Position numbers and translations under genes: made by a program. The notes under the pieces are model-generated. The model did no database searches, had not been told where the DNA came from, and worked only from the letters and a program-made list of their open reading frames with translations. Positions 14,491-32,004 of a stretch of DNA of 64,000 nt are shown in pieces. This DNA is from the human T2T-CHM13v2.0 reference genome, Homo sapiens: NCBI RefSeq assembly GCF_009914755.1, contig NC_060928.1; one strand, 5' to 3'. Positions within the stretch are counted from its first letter, which is position 1. Every line of letters begins with the position of its first letter.

Positions 14491-15621
14491 ACTTCTTGAC
14501 TTATTAATATGGATCAAACACTTCTCAAATGCATCGCAAATTTGTTGCTAATCGTCATTGAAATACCAATCTTTTCTCTTTTTTATTGCCTTTTAGAGAA
14601 TACTCAAGGTATATCTGATGTCATCACTAGTCACTTGCATTAAGCTATATTTACTCAGCTGGGAGAGATAAGGTGCTTATGTGAGAATTTAGGCCTTTGC
14701 TCTAAACTTGTAATTCCCCATTTGCACTTGCACAATAGTCCTGATGTTTCTAAACTTGTTGTGCCACATAATCTGTTTGGCTTCAGTGATGCTGTGGCAT
14801 CTGTATCATTACAGGCAAGACACTTATAGTGGGCTAGAAAATACATGCACTCATCCTAGAATTTGGAGAGTTTTATCCAAAATAGTTAAAAACCTGTAGG
14901 GTATGAGCAGTGACCAGACAGGACACAGGCTCTGATAGTGCTGGAGAATAATCCTGAACCCCCTCCTCCCATCTCCACACCCCTGCCAAGTGATAACCTT
15001 TATTCATTAGAATGTGCAGATGTCTGGAAGATCTCAGCAGAGAAACCAGGCTAGCCAGGGATATAGGGTGTATTTAATGGTTCAGACAAGTTATTGTTTG
15101 CCAGCTGGTAAAGAAGTATTTCAAGACATTTAACAACTGGACAGACTGTACTGTTGTGTACCCAGCAAATATCAGCATTGCCAGCTGGAAAGAGAACTGG
15201 AGCAATTAATATTGAAAAATGGAAACAGATTTCAGGCGTGCTGAGACCCTGGAGAGGATTTCTAGATAGTATTCCATGACAAGATGTAGCCCATAAGATA
15301 TTTCTAGATGATCCAAAAGAATATGTTTCTATTGCTAAGTAAGATTGAGAAATACTGTAACATGCACATTACACTCCTCTTATGTTCCACATTAGTAAAT
15401 TATAATTATATATCAGCGAATAACTATAATTATACATTAGTGAATGATAAGACTTAGAGTGAAGAAAACTCTCCAACTTTGCTTAGCCCAAGCATATAAT
15501 ACATTTATTTCCCCTAGGTAGTCACTTTTTCATGAAATTATCAATCTTTTGTATGGCACTAATGTTCTTTGCAATGACGTTTAGGAAATTTCACCAAAAT
15601 TATCGTCTCCACATTTAGATA

Positions 15622-16793
15622 CAGTTGAACCTTAAAAACCTCTGGGATTAGGGACACTGACCACATGCACAATAAAAAAATCTGTGTATATCGCTTGAAC
15701 CTGGGAGGCAGAGGCTGCAGTGAGCCGAGATCGCACCACTGCACTCCAGCCTGGGTGACAGACCGAGACTCCATCTAAAAGAAAAAAAAACTGTGTATAC
15801 CTTTTGGCTCTCCAAAAACTTAACTACTAATAGCCTACTGCTGACAAAAAGCCTTACCATAACATACACAACCAATTTACATATATTTTGCATGTTATAT
15901 TTTATAACACCATACTATGCATTGTATTCTTAAAGTAGGTTAGGGAAAAGAAAGTGTTACTTAAAAAGTCATAAAGAAGAGAAAATAGCTTTACAGTACT
16001 GTATGGTGTCTATTGTTATGGAAAGTTTAAGTCGTGTCTGAAAGTTTAATCACGTCTGAAATGGCAGGCAACCGCAGCTGCAGTCCTCAATCTACAGTAC
16101 ATATCAAGCAATTCAACTTTTTCTTGTAATGCTATGACTTTTCTCTGCTTCCTGGGAGCACTTCCAGCATCACTAGAGGCACTTCATATGGGTCTCATAG
16201 TGTTATTCAATGTTTATGGTATTGCACTAAACCCAGTGAAAAATAGGCAAGAACCTTGAAAAATCATTTTTTACTGTGATATGCAATTTACTGAAGAGAT
16301 GAACTGCTCACTCAGAGATAATTAGAATCACATGATGTTGTAAGCAGATACTTGTAACACTTGAGCTCACTGCAATAGCAACAGGAGGTGGCTAGGAAAT
16401 TATTACAGTGGTACAGTGTGTACTACAGTAACTTTTATGCAGTTATGATTTCCTAGTGCATTTTAACTTTTGTTTGCATTTCTCGCAACTGAAAATGGTG
16501 CCATGTATGGTTCATGTTTGTGTGCACACATTTTGATACATTTTAACTTTTTATAATAGATTCATGTATATTTTATGGTAGTAAATCATAAAGAGACTAG
16601 TATCTATATATATATTTCATGCATTTATAACATACCTTTTTCTTAGTGTTTTCAATATTTCTACATTACGTGGTTTGCAAGTTTTTTCAAATTCTCACAA
16701 ATCTCCAAAAATTTTCTCAGTATATTTCTTGAAAAAAATTCACATACAGGTGGACCTGTGTAGTTCAAACCTGTGTCGTTCAAGGGTCAGCTG
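15622..16793 (-). mobile_element. Tigger2b-like TcMar DNA transposon (non-autonomous)
   Basis: TIRs 'cagttgaaccttaaa' and 'ttcaagggtcagctg', TA at both flanks (15620-21, 16794-95), about 1.06 kb after removing the nested Alu. Confidence 0.88.
15691..15783 (+). mobile_element. 5'-truncated Alu (3' part of right arm) inside Tigger2b
   Basis: Begins 'tcgcttgaacctgggagg', A tail, flanked by aaaaaaa(t/a)ctgtgtata on both sides. Confidence 0.92.
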
Positions 16794-16979
16794 TACATCC
16801 AGGTTTGTGAGTTCTGACAGACAGCTCACCACTGATGTGTGCAAAAGCCAAATTTGCCCTGTTGCCATCATTTCCAGGAGCTTTGTTTCATGCTTCATTC
16901 CACAGGCTCAGGGGTCTTGGGCACTTACTTGCTTGATAGCAAAACCCAGGAAAGTCCTTAAACACTAACCTCTAGTGAT

Positions 16980-17206
16980 CAGGGGTTGGCACTTTGTATA
17001 GTGGCACAGAAAGTAAATATCTTTGGTTTTGTGAACTGCATTAGCTCTGCCATGATTTCTCAACTCTGCTCTTATAGTGTTATAGTGTGAAACCAGCTAT
17101 AGGCACTATTTTACTAAGTGAGCATGGCTGTCTTCCAATAAAACTTTATTTAGAAAAATAGGCAAAGAATAGGATTTGTCCTGTGGGCTGTAGTTCACCA
17201 AGCCCT
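16980..17206 (+). mobile_element. MER58A-like hAT element
   Basis: 'caggggttggca...agtaaatat...gagcatggctgtcttccaataaaactttattt...gggctgtagtt'. Confidence 0.8.
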
Positions 17207-17241
17207 CCCTGATCTAAGCTAAAAAATCAGCAGCCTATTCC

Positions 17242-17609
<368 letters not shown>

Positions 17610-20429
17610 TGAAAGAAACTTGACCTCAGAGGTAAATTAACTGAGACTGATAAATTAACAGTGATACATTAACCAAACAGGGCTTTGTCACTGTTGAATC
17701 TATTTTAACAAATGGAGGTGGGGTCTAGAGGGCAAGAAAATGTCAAATGGCCATATAAAGCATGCACCAGAGAGTACAAGTAGGAAAGACCTTTCACTGA
17801 GCTCCCTGAGATATTTAAAATTAGCCTCACTTCAGCTATTTCCATGAAACATTTGAGGACTAAAAGCCTAATGACAATTCTTTGGCTGAGAATCAAGTAG
17901 CTGTCACTTCAATGATTCTGCTGTTTGCTACTATTTTTGTTTGATAAGCAGAACCTTATACTTGGGCCTAGATTTGAGGCAAGATCATCAATGATTCATA
18001 GTTTGGAGACGGGAAGGCCGCCATCTCCAGGTTGGCCTGTGTTCGGGGTTCTTTGGCAGGAGTATTGTAGATGTTTTCAATTAGGTGAAAAACAAAACCT
18101 CTAGAGAGTACGGCTTTAACCCAAATAAAATCACCCCTTGAATATAATTTCTCTCTTCCTCCCTTTCTCTTTCTTTCTGTGTATGCATGTGGGGGAGTGT
18201 GTATGGGTGCATAAAATGGTTGAGACAGCTGCATTACACAGGTGGTATCCTAGGCAGTAAATAATACAACTTTTATAGATGGCTTGAGACACACAGTCTC
18301 AAAACAATTAATTTTACCACTACGCATTTGACCTAAGAGCACTTTTTATCACAGCAGGAATTCCTTATCAAATTCTCAGGTGCAGGTGCCCCATAAACAC
18401 TTTGGAGGCATATGGACCTTGTGGCTGAGCTGGCTATTAACTACACAAAACAGTAAGAGGTGGCCTGGGAAGAAAGAAAAATATAAAACACCAACCCCAG
18501 CTCAAAAAAGTAAACCGGAATGTTCAACTTTGCCCTTCTTGTGAAGTTTGTGTATTTCTCACCCACCATAGTGCCATGAAACCTTGGGAATTTAGAAGTC
18601 AGCCAGCATGTGGAAGGTTTTGCTTCATTGTCATAAAGCATGCATATTCATATAGTTACAAATAACTTATTTAAATTTAGAAAAAAATGGCAAAAAATAC
18701 CAAATGGAGGACAAGGAAGTCATCCTGTTTGTAAATCGAGGCTATGGAATGCTTGCTAAAAACTAATCAATGAGAATATTTCATAGAAAAATACTCATAT
18801 GACTGGAAATATACATGTGTATATATATATTTAAATTTATCCTTAGAGGATATATTTAGAGAAAGATAGCCATCTGTCTCTGATACTATCAGTGTTATTT
18901 ATTTATAAACTATCTTCAGAAAATTCCTAGTCCAATTTTCTGCACTTGATTAGCTAAGCAAAGATTTGCTCAACCAAGATATACAACCTGCAAATTAGAA
19001 ATTCTTCCAGAATTTATATTTCAGGTACCAAATCTGGGTTTTGTTTCCTTCTGTGTTTTTTTCCTTTAAATAGCTGTAGGGGCATGAGATTTTTGTTTAA
19101 AAAACAAAAAACAAGGGGGTAGGGGAAACTATTACAATTATTTTTGAGACCCATCGAAAAATCTTGACACTGTTCCAAGTTCAACAAACATTTTATAGGC
19201 TACCATCACCAAATGAGAGTTCCATAAACACATCCATATAGTTAAAGCAAAAGTTCAGAAGAGCATTCATTTACTGTCCATCCATGAGCCTCTCCTGAGA
19301 CAGAGGTCCTTACGGACTGGGAAAGAGGAGGAGAGTAAGTAAGATGGGGAAAAGTATTAAGTAAGAAAAACCTGACAATTACTTTTCTGAATCTGAGCCC
19401 ATATGTGAGTTTCCTGTAGAATTATACATTTATAGATTGAAAAATTCCTTTTTTGCTTAAAAATGATAAAGAGATTATATTATATTTCTCTACATCTCCT
19501 ACTTAAGATTTCCATTTCATTACATCTTTTATATCCACCATATCATTATAAACAAAATTGTTTCAGCTTCTTCCTGAGCAAAGCATCCTGATTTTTCATG
19601 GCTGAGTTCTTGATCTCTGGGGAGAAATTAGGTAATTAACATGAGACACATAACATCAATACATAACTAATTAGAAGGGAAAAAAATTCTCAAAGGAAGC
19701 CTTTAACCTGTGTCTCTTTCTAGGAAAAGTTTGTTCTTTCTTTAAAGTCTAAAATGCCTATTTAAATTACTATTTCATTATTTTTCTCAAAAGTGTGAAA
19801 TGTTTAGAACCACATAAGGCTCCCAATGATTCTTTTTCAGAGAGCACATCATGACAGATTTTCTGTTTTAAAAAATAACCAATAATAAAATTAAAATGAC
19901 AAAATGTTTTCTTTGCATGTAATTTTAATTGGGCATCTTCCTTTTTTCCACTAATAATATGTGGAAAATAATAATTTTTCCACAAATAATAATATGTGTG
20001 TGTTTATACACATATTCAAGAAGACCACAAATATGAGAATCTTCTAATTTATTAAATCAAAAGCCAAAAACGTGTATGTCTTCCATGTGTGTAGAGGTAG
20101 CTAAACACCCAAGATACACAGATTTACAGCTTGATTCTACCGATATTTGTTGGAGAAATAAACCACTCTTGATTGAACTATAAAGTCATAAAATCACCCA
20201 ATAAATTTTTAATTAAAAATAATAAAGAAGAGTGGGACTACAATTCTGTTCCATTATACTTGAAAAACTGGGAAATAGGAGTAGATTAAGGATCCATCCT
20301 TAATCAGCAGGCACATCCTTTTAACATTGCTACCCTCCACAGACCTGAGGAAGCCACAGGGTCTTTTCTCCTCTCATCTGCCCTCTACTATCTTTATTTG
20401 CTCAAAGAATTTGCCCAGGTTTTCCTTTG

Positions 20430-20597
20430 TTTCTGCTCTCAACTTCTCAACTTCACATTCAGTAACCAGAGGTTCGTAGCTTGAAATCAGTAATAGTGGA
20501 GATATTTACACCATGGAAATTGGCAAGTGCTACACATCAGGGCTTTTTCCTTCCTGGAGTCCAGCCCATTGTTAATCACATACCAACATACCACTGC
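20430..20597 (+). mobile_element. MER63-like hAT fragment
   Basis: 'gtagcttgaaatcag...tatttacaccatggaaattggcaagtgctacacatcagggct...ccaacataccactg'. Confidence 0.7.
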
Positions 20598-21156
20598 CTT
20601 GGACATATCTCTCTACTCTTTCTTCTTTTCCCTTCTGTATCAAATACTGTCCTCCCATAACGACACACTTAAAATGTTGTGATAAACTAATTTACTAAGT
20701 TATTAGTGGGGAAAGAGGTGTTTAATGTACTACCTCTATCAGGCATGTATTGAACAGTATCTAATGATAATAACCCAAAGTAAAAAAAATTTCTATCAAT
20801 TAAAGTCTGGGCATTGATGAAAAATAGTGTGTTTTTCCAGGACAAGCTTCTCAGCACCCTTCATGTCATACCATAAAGGCAGCTAATGACTCTGCTTAAA
20901 ATCAATGTTCACAACGGATATTAAAAGCAGGATTGGAAAAAACAACTAGCTGACTAGAGTCCTCACTGTTGATTGGAATGCATAGATAACTTTGTCATGG
21001 GAGAAGGAAGAAGCTGATTTTCAAATGACTAAGTATCTAGTTATCACAGGGAGAAAGGTGAGAAAAAGTAAGGATTTGTTGTCATTGTTGCCTATTTATG
21101 ATCAATAGTGGTTTCTTTCTTTCAAAAATACATTTATTGTAACACTAGATGATTGT

Positions 21157-21560
21157 TACCATATTTCATCAAATCTAAGATACTACTGATTACATTGTAT
21201 ACTACAAAGAAAGGAGACAAAATTGTTACCAATTAAACTATCAATCAAAGTTTTCTTCTCACTTAGAATTATTCACATTTTTTGAAAGTCCTTCTAGATT
21301 TATTTGACAGATTTGCTCATATATTACTCTTGTGCATATCTATGTATGGTAAGTGAGAGTGATGCTGCATTTCTTAAAGGAGAAAAACCCTAGCCCAAGC
21401 AATTTCCTCCAACCTGCTGCCACTCTGGCTGCAGGTGATGCTGCACCTGCTCAGGCTGTCTGAGTGCCTGCCTCGGCTGAGCATGTCCCAGTTTCAGAGA
21501 TGCATTTGGCAGAGGTGGGCAGAAGCTATGGCGCACATCTTAAAATCAATGAAATATCAT
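21157..21560. mobile_element. TcMar-Tc2 (Kanga/MER104-like) element
   Basis: TIR-like ends 'taccatatttcatcaaatctaagat' and 'catcttaaaatcaatgaaatat'. Confidence 0.55.
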
Positions 21561-22349
21561 AATTGGTCTCTCTGGTTTAGACTTGAGCACTGGGGTCCAG
21601 GCCTAGAGTGGATGATCCCTCAGTAGGGTTTTTGGCCTGTCTTTAGATTCAACTAAAGCTGACTGTACACTAGAATCACTTGGGGAGTTTTTTAAAAATC
21701 ACCCCCACCCCAATTAAAATAGAATTTCTGAATTTAACAAAAACTTTCCAGGTGATTATAATAGACAGTTATATTTTAGAAGTACTGAACTACATCTTCC
21801 AAAAATCCATCTTTACATTTTCTCCTTCCAAACTTTATAACACAGTGTACAAAAAAGGTAATGTTCTTGCCGTTATCTAAATTATCTAAAGTTAACCTGT
21901 CAAGAACTTGTTAGCACAGAAATAAATTACAGTTGCTTTTTTAACAGTTTTTTCCTTAGGTTAAAAATCCCATGCTATAGTTCATATAGTTTTGGTTCTT
22001 ACTGATTGTTTTTTCCTTCATTATTGCAGATCTACTTCTGCAAGTTTCTGAAACAAATTAATAAGTCATTATCATTTAAGCGCTATTCACTTCAAGTTTA
22101 TTTTAAATATTTGAAAAATATGTAAATGTTACCTATTGATGGAAATTTGTAATTTTTCTATGAAGATAACCTTGGATTTAAAAGCTAATGGAATATAAAT
22201 ATTTTACAAATGTTCCACCCTGAGACCAAATCTCATCCTAGTGTACAAACAATAGACACAGTTAATCAGAGACAGCGGATTTAGTCAGAATTTCTTTTTC
22301 CCCAGCAGGGACATATTCTTATTAGCCCCATAAAGAATATGGTGTCTAA

Positions 22350-26308
<3,959 letters not shown>

Positions 26309-26379
26309 AAAGACTACAGTGTCTAAATTAGCCCCTATAAAGACCATGAACCACAGTTTCCCCAAAACTTGATTTTCCC

Positions 26380-27170
26380 CTTCATTTCCCCCTCTCCTTT
26401 CTAACAAAATCCTAATTGCTGTTCACATATCCACTCCATTTCTAGCCCTAGAAGGAGATGAACCTGATTATTCCCAGCCAATTAATGTATGTGGTTCTCC
26501 TGGCTGCAATTAGTATTCTAGAGATGGAGGTGGGGGCCTAATTAGACTAAAGGAAAAAACACTCATATGCCAGCTGGTTTTCGTTTGTTTGTTTGTTGTT
26601 GTTGTTGAGACAAGGTGTTGCTCTGTCGCCCAGGCTAGAGTGCGGTGGTGCTATCATGGCTCACTGCAGCCTCAATCTCCTGGGCTCAAGCAATCCTCCT
26701 ACCTCAGCCTCTGAGTAGCTGGGAGACTACAGGAGCACGTCACCATGCCCGACCAATTTTGGTTTTGTTTGTTTGTCTGTCTTGTAGAGATGGGGTTTTG
26801 CCATGTTGCCCAGGCTGTTCTTGAGCTCCTGGGCTCAAGTGATCCATCTGCCTCGGTGTCCCAAAGTGCTGGAATTTCAAGTGCGAGCCACTGCACCTGG
26901 ATAATATGCCATCTTTGAAAGTATGGTTTCTCTTCCCTCTCTCCCGCTGGGTGTGGCAAGAATGCATGTAGCCCTTTGGCCACCATCTGAGATCAGGAGG
27001 GGAACTAACATAAAGAAGTGAAATCAACACTAAGCAGACAGAAAAAAGAGACAGAATGAACATGGGACCTTGAGAGCACCGTTGGCTTCAGGTTAAGACA
27101 GTTAATAAATTCCTGTTCAAGCTAGTTTGAGTCCAATTTGCTGTCACTTACAGCTAAAAGTATCAGATTA
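26380..27170 (+). mobile_element. Old MaLR LTR (MLT1J/K-like) interrupted by an Alu
   Basis: 3' end 'aataaattcctgttcaagctagtttgagt...ctgtcacttacagctaaaag' resembles MLT1; boundaries approximate. Confidence 0.45.
26578..26901 (-). mobile_element. AluJ SINE
   Basis: Antisense dimer 'tcatggctcactgcagcctcaatctcctgggctcaagcaatcc'. Confidence 0.93.
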
Positions 27171-27479
27171 CACCTCCTTCTCTGTGCATCTTTCAAGTAT
27201 CTGAGTTCTAGCTTTGTTGGAATGCTCGTGGGAACAGGGTAGGGATAGAATAAAACTTTTGCTGATACCTGCCTACTTGGTATTTGGGAAGCAGAATGGC
27301 TTAATGGGAGGGCAAGAAGATCGGGTAAGGAGCAGAGACAGGATCTACAGAAAGAAGGCTTGGTGGGCCCTGTTTCCTCCACTTACTGACTGTGTGATCT
27401 TAGGCAAGTCAGTTTAGCAGTTAGAGCCCTTGGTTCCTCATTTGGAGGATAAGTTTGTCATAACATGTATACACTAAAC

Positions 27480-27676
27480 CAGGAATTAACAAATATTTTT
27501 TGTAATGGACCAGATAAATATTTTAGGCTTGGCAGACTATACCATCTCTGTAGCAACTACTCATCGCTGCCATTATCGTAGATGACATGAGTGTGGCTGT
27601 GTTCCCCTAACACCTTATTTACAAAAACAGGCAGCAGGCCAGACTTGGCATGTGAGCTGTAGTTTGTGTGACCTGT
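27480..27676 (+). mobile_element. MER58A-like hAT element
   Basis: 'aaatattttaggcttggcag...gtggctgtgttcc...ttatttacaaaaacaggcagcaggccagacttgg'. Confidence 0.8.
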
Positions 27677-27699
27677 CTTAAAGCACCATGTAGGTAGAA

Positions 27700-28530
27700 C
27701 AACCAGATATCACATACCTCCTGATGTGATGCAATAGGAATTGTACAGCACCACCTATAAAGTATTTGTGCACCCACCCACCCTCCAAGAAGGCTGAACT
27801 TAATGTAATTAAAACTAAGATCCAGTTTATAGGAGATAGAAAACACATACATCACATGACGCAATGAGAAAATACACAAATCCAGAATGTGGGACGTTCA
27901 AGGTGGTCTAGGAACTGCTCTAGATTTAAAGTGAGCTTTTGATTTTTCAAGAGATTCTCACTTTGTCACTCATGCTGGAGTGCAGTGGCATGATCATAGC
28001 TCACTGCAGCCTTGATTCTGGGCTCAGGTGATTCTCCTATCTCACCGTCCCTAGTAGTTGGGAGTATAGACTCACCACCACACCCAGCTAATTTTTCTTT
28101 GTTTTCTTTAATAGGTATGGGGTCTCCCTATGTTGCCCAGGCTGGTCTTGATCTCCTGGCCTCAAGCAATCCACTGGCTTCAGCCTCCCTTCAGAGCAGC
28201 TAGGATTACAGGTGTGAGCTATTGTATCCAGCTGAAGTGATCCAAATACATTCATATACAATGTGTGGACTTTGAACTCTAAGTCAATTAACTATAAAAA
28301 ATTTTTTTTAGGTAATGAGAAAAATTTGAAAATGCTCTTGGTATTAGATTGATACCAAGCAATTATTAACTGCGTTAGGTGTGAGTCATTGCAATGACGA
28401 GAGAAAACATCTAAATTTTTTAGGCACATCCCTGAGTATGTATGAGCGAAATGACATCAGGTTTAATTTTTTTTAAACGCTTCACCAAAAAATAAATAAA
28501 TAAATAAGACAATGAAGCATGTATGGCATA
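27700..28530 (+). mobile_element. Old L1MC/ME 3' fragment interrupted by an Alu
   Basis: 'cctcctgatgtgatgcaatagg', 'caaatccagaatgtgggac', 'caatgtgtggactttg', 'ggtattagattgatacc'. Confidence 0.55.
27937..28233 (-). mobile_element. AluJ SINE
   Basis: Diverged antisense dimer 'gatcatagctcactgcagccttga'. Confidence 0.9.
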
Positions 28531-29879
28531 GTATTATTTTCCACATCTGAGAAAATCTATCTCTGCAGTTCCTTTCCTTGAGTCAACTTTTTTCTTAAGA
28601 GGGAGCTAAAGTTATTTTGACACACAGTTAAAATACAGTACAGTTGAAATGCAAATAACCACAGTTGATTGGAGAAATGAGAGTGAGGTTTTGATTGGAT
28701 GATTTCTTGGAAACTGGCCTTACAATGTTACCTGTTTTTATTTTAAGGAGTTGTTTCTACTTTGTATCCATGTAGATATTCATAACTAAGCAGAAGATCA
28801 CCCAAGTACAAATAATCCCATCAATGGCTTCATGATGGCCAAGTGGGCTATAGTAAAATAATTTGAGAAGTAATTTATTTTTTAGTTCATGGAATCCTAT
28901 GTGTTTGACCTGGACACATTAGGCTTTTCCCAAATCTACTCAACACAAAACCAAAGTCAGAGACTCATGGAAACAGAAAGGCGTCAATGAGAGGATGGAT
29001 ATGTTAGTGAGGCCAAAAAATGTTCTCAGTAGAAATATATTAGCATGAATGTGCTGTTCTTCCCTTAACCCTCCTACTTTTCTTCTGTCCGGCGAGCTTT
29101 CTTCGTGTCTTAACTCGCATATGATTGGCCTGGCAAGATGAAACCTAAGGACATCTTATGATCAGGGGTTCCCCAAATGCAGAAGGCAAGAAGGAGACTA
29201 ACATAGATCCCAGAAGAAAACAGGCATGAGGAAGATAGTGCAAATCTCTCACGTGCCCCTTTCATGGTAAGGATAGCAGCATCTGGTGGACATAGCAAAC
29301 TTAAGTAAAAGAGATCAGGGAGTCCCCACCTTATAACTACCTTGGCTTATACATAAAGACAGACAGGAAAAACATGTCCTTATGAGTCTCAAACAAGTCA
29401 ACCCACTTCTCTATACCAAATTGCCAGATTTTAGTAAAGAGAATGCATTAGTCTTGAGTATTCTAAATCTATACTATGGCCAAGTATTGAGTGACTAGGA
29501 ATTCCAAGCCACTCCCCATCCATGAAACAATTTATGGAAACTTTAGGGAGCATTGAGATCTAGTTTCTCTTCCCTATAGTTCCCCTTACACGGGATAGTA
29601 TTTAGAAGGTTAGATAGCTCTCACGTTCCTCAGTAAGAAGTCTGCTCCTCCTTGAAATATTTGCTATATGTTGTCATCCACATTTGACTTTGTATACAAC
29701 TATCTCATTGTTAAAACTCTCCCAATCCAAGCAGCCACTCTCCTCACTCCAAAATACACTTGTATACCTTTGGTTCCAGCCTCTTACAGGCTGTAGTGCA
29801 AAACTGACCATTCTGGAGGAGTTGCCTTGTGAATCTTATTAAATTGTGAATTAATAGGTACATCTTCACTTAGGTTTCA

Positions 29880-30410
29880 TACTAGTTCAGTAGACATTTA
29901 TAAATGACATATGTTTATAAAATTTCAGGCATTGTAGAAGGTCTCACTACTCAAGTCACTCACAGAAAAAAGTCCTGATCACACAGTGCCATCATGGGAG
30001 AGGAAACCTGATACTGGAGCAGCAGAAGAGACAATGACTGATTCTACCTCCAAAGCACAGGAAGTGACGCTGGAGGAAGGCTTCATTCACAGATGCTAGC
30101 CAGAAAAGAAAAAAGGCATTTCCTATCAAAGAACATTACATTAGGTTGGTGCAAACGTAATTGTGGTTTTTGCCATTGAAAGTAATGGCAAAAACAGCAA
30201 TTACGTTTGCACCAACCTAGTAAGTACATGGTAGGGTCATAATAGTACCCAAGACCTGTCTGTGGAACGTTAATCTCCAGTGGCAGAGGAGAAACAGACA
30301 AGGCAAGTAGATTAAACCAAAAATGTGAAAGACTCTTAATTCTCTATTAAGGAATTTGGACTTTAGGCAATGAGTAGTCTTCAAAGGTTTTAAAGCAAGA
30401 ATGAGAGAAG
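29880..30410 (-). mobile_element. L2 fragment hosting MADE1
   Basis: 'ggaggaaggcttc', 'taaggaatttggacttt...aaggttttaaagcaagaatgag'. Confidence 0.55.
30141..30220. mobile_element. MADE1 (Hsmar1-derived MITE), full-length 80-bp palindrome
   Basis: 37-bp TIRs ttaggttggtgcaaa... and ...tttgcaccaacctag around a 6-bp spacer gaaagt. Confidence 0.97.
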
Positions 30411-31389
30411 CAGACGCCCATATTTCAAGGACCTGCCCTATATTTATTGTTAATTCCCATAACAATAAAACTCATTCATGCAGTGTTCTGGGAAGGTATC
30501 TTTTATTGTCCCACTTTTCCAATTTTGCATACTTTCGTCATTTCCCCTAGCTGGAATAACTTTCCCCACCTTCCTACTTTTCCAAAATCCACCCATCCAT
30601 CAAAACCTGTGTCAGGTCCTCTTTATCCAAAGAGCCTGTGCAAACCTTCTCCATCTCACCGCAGAGGGACAGAGGAGACATCCAGGACTACAAGCTCTGG
30701 ACTAGAGGTCAGCGGTTCTTTTACTCACTGGCTGTGGCTTGGAGGTATCCCCTAACCATCCTGGCTCTCTGGGCCAAAGTTTGTGAATTGATTGGGGTGC
30801 AGAAGGAGGCAGAGAAGCAGGAATACTTAGGTAATTCTCTAAGTTCACATCATGTGCTACCAATCTTTCCTTCCTCTAAATTCATAGAACATGTTGTCTT
30901 CTTCAGTCATTTTTCTCTTAACCTTGGGTGCTATGGTTTGCATATTCATCATTTTCAGCACAAAGAAGACAATAACTGTCACTGACTGGGTGACTGACCT
31001 GTCTCTGTCTCCTAGGAAAACCCTTTTCAAGTGATTTCTTGTATTAATTCTTTTTATTGGCAGCTTATTGTGTCATTTCAAATTGTGGAGCTTTCCTCAG
31101 AAGAAATAATTTCACTAAACAGCTTATTTTACTATTTTAAAGTCAAAGGAAGGAATATTTTTAAAAGAACAGAGAATTACAGTGTTGGGAAACTGAGCCA
31201 CATGTGGACCTAGCCTGGCTATGGTCTTTAGCCTTTGGTAACTAAGCCTGGAGCTGCGGTTCACTTTTTAGTGAACTATAAGGAGCACAAGCAGAACTGA
31301 TTCTGGCCACAATGCCCTGGGGCTACTTTTGCTTTCAGTTCAAAGATTCATGTATCTGTGTGAAAACAAACATATTCAAACCTAAAGGC

Positions 31390-31698
<309 letters not shown>

Positions 31699-31707
31699 TT
31701 AAGGCCC

Positions 31708-32004
<297 letters not shown>

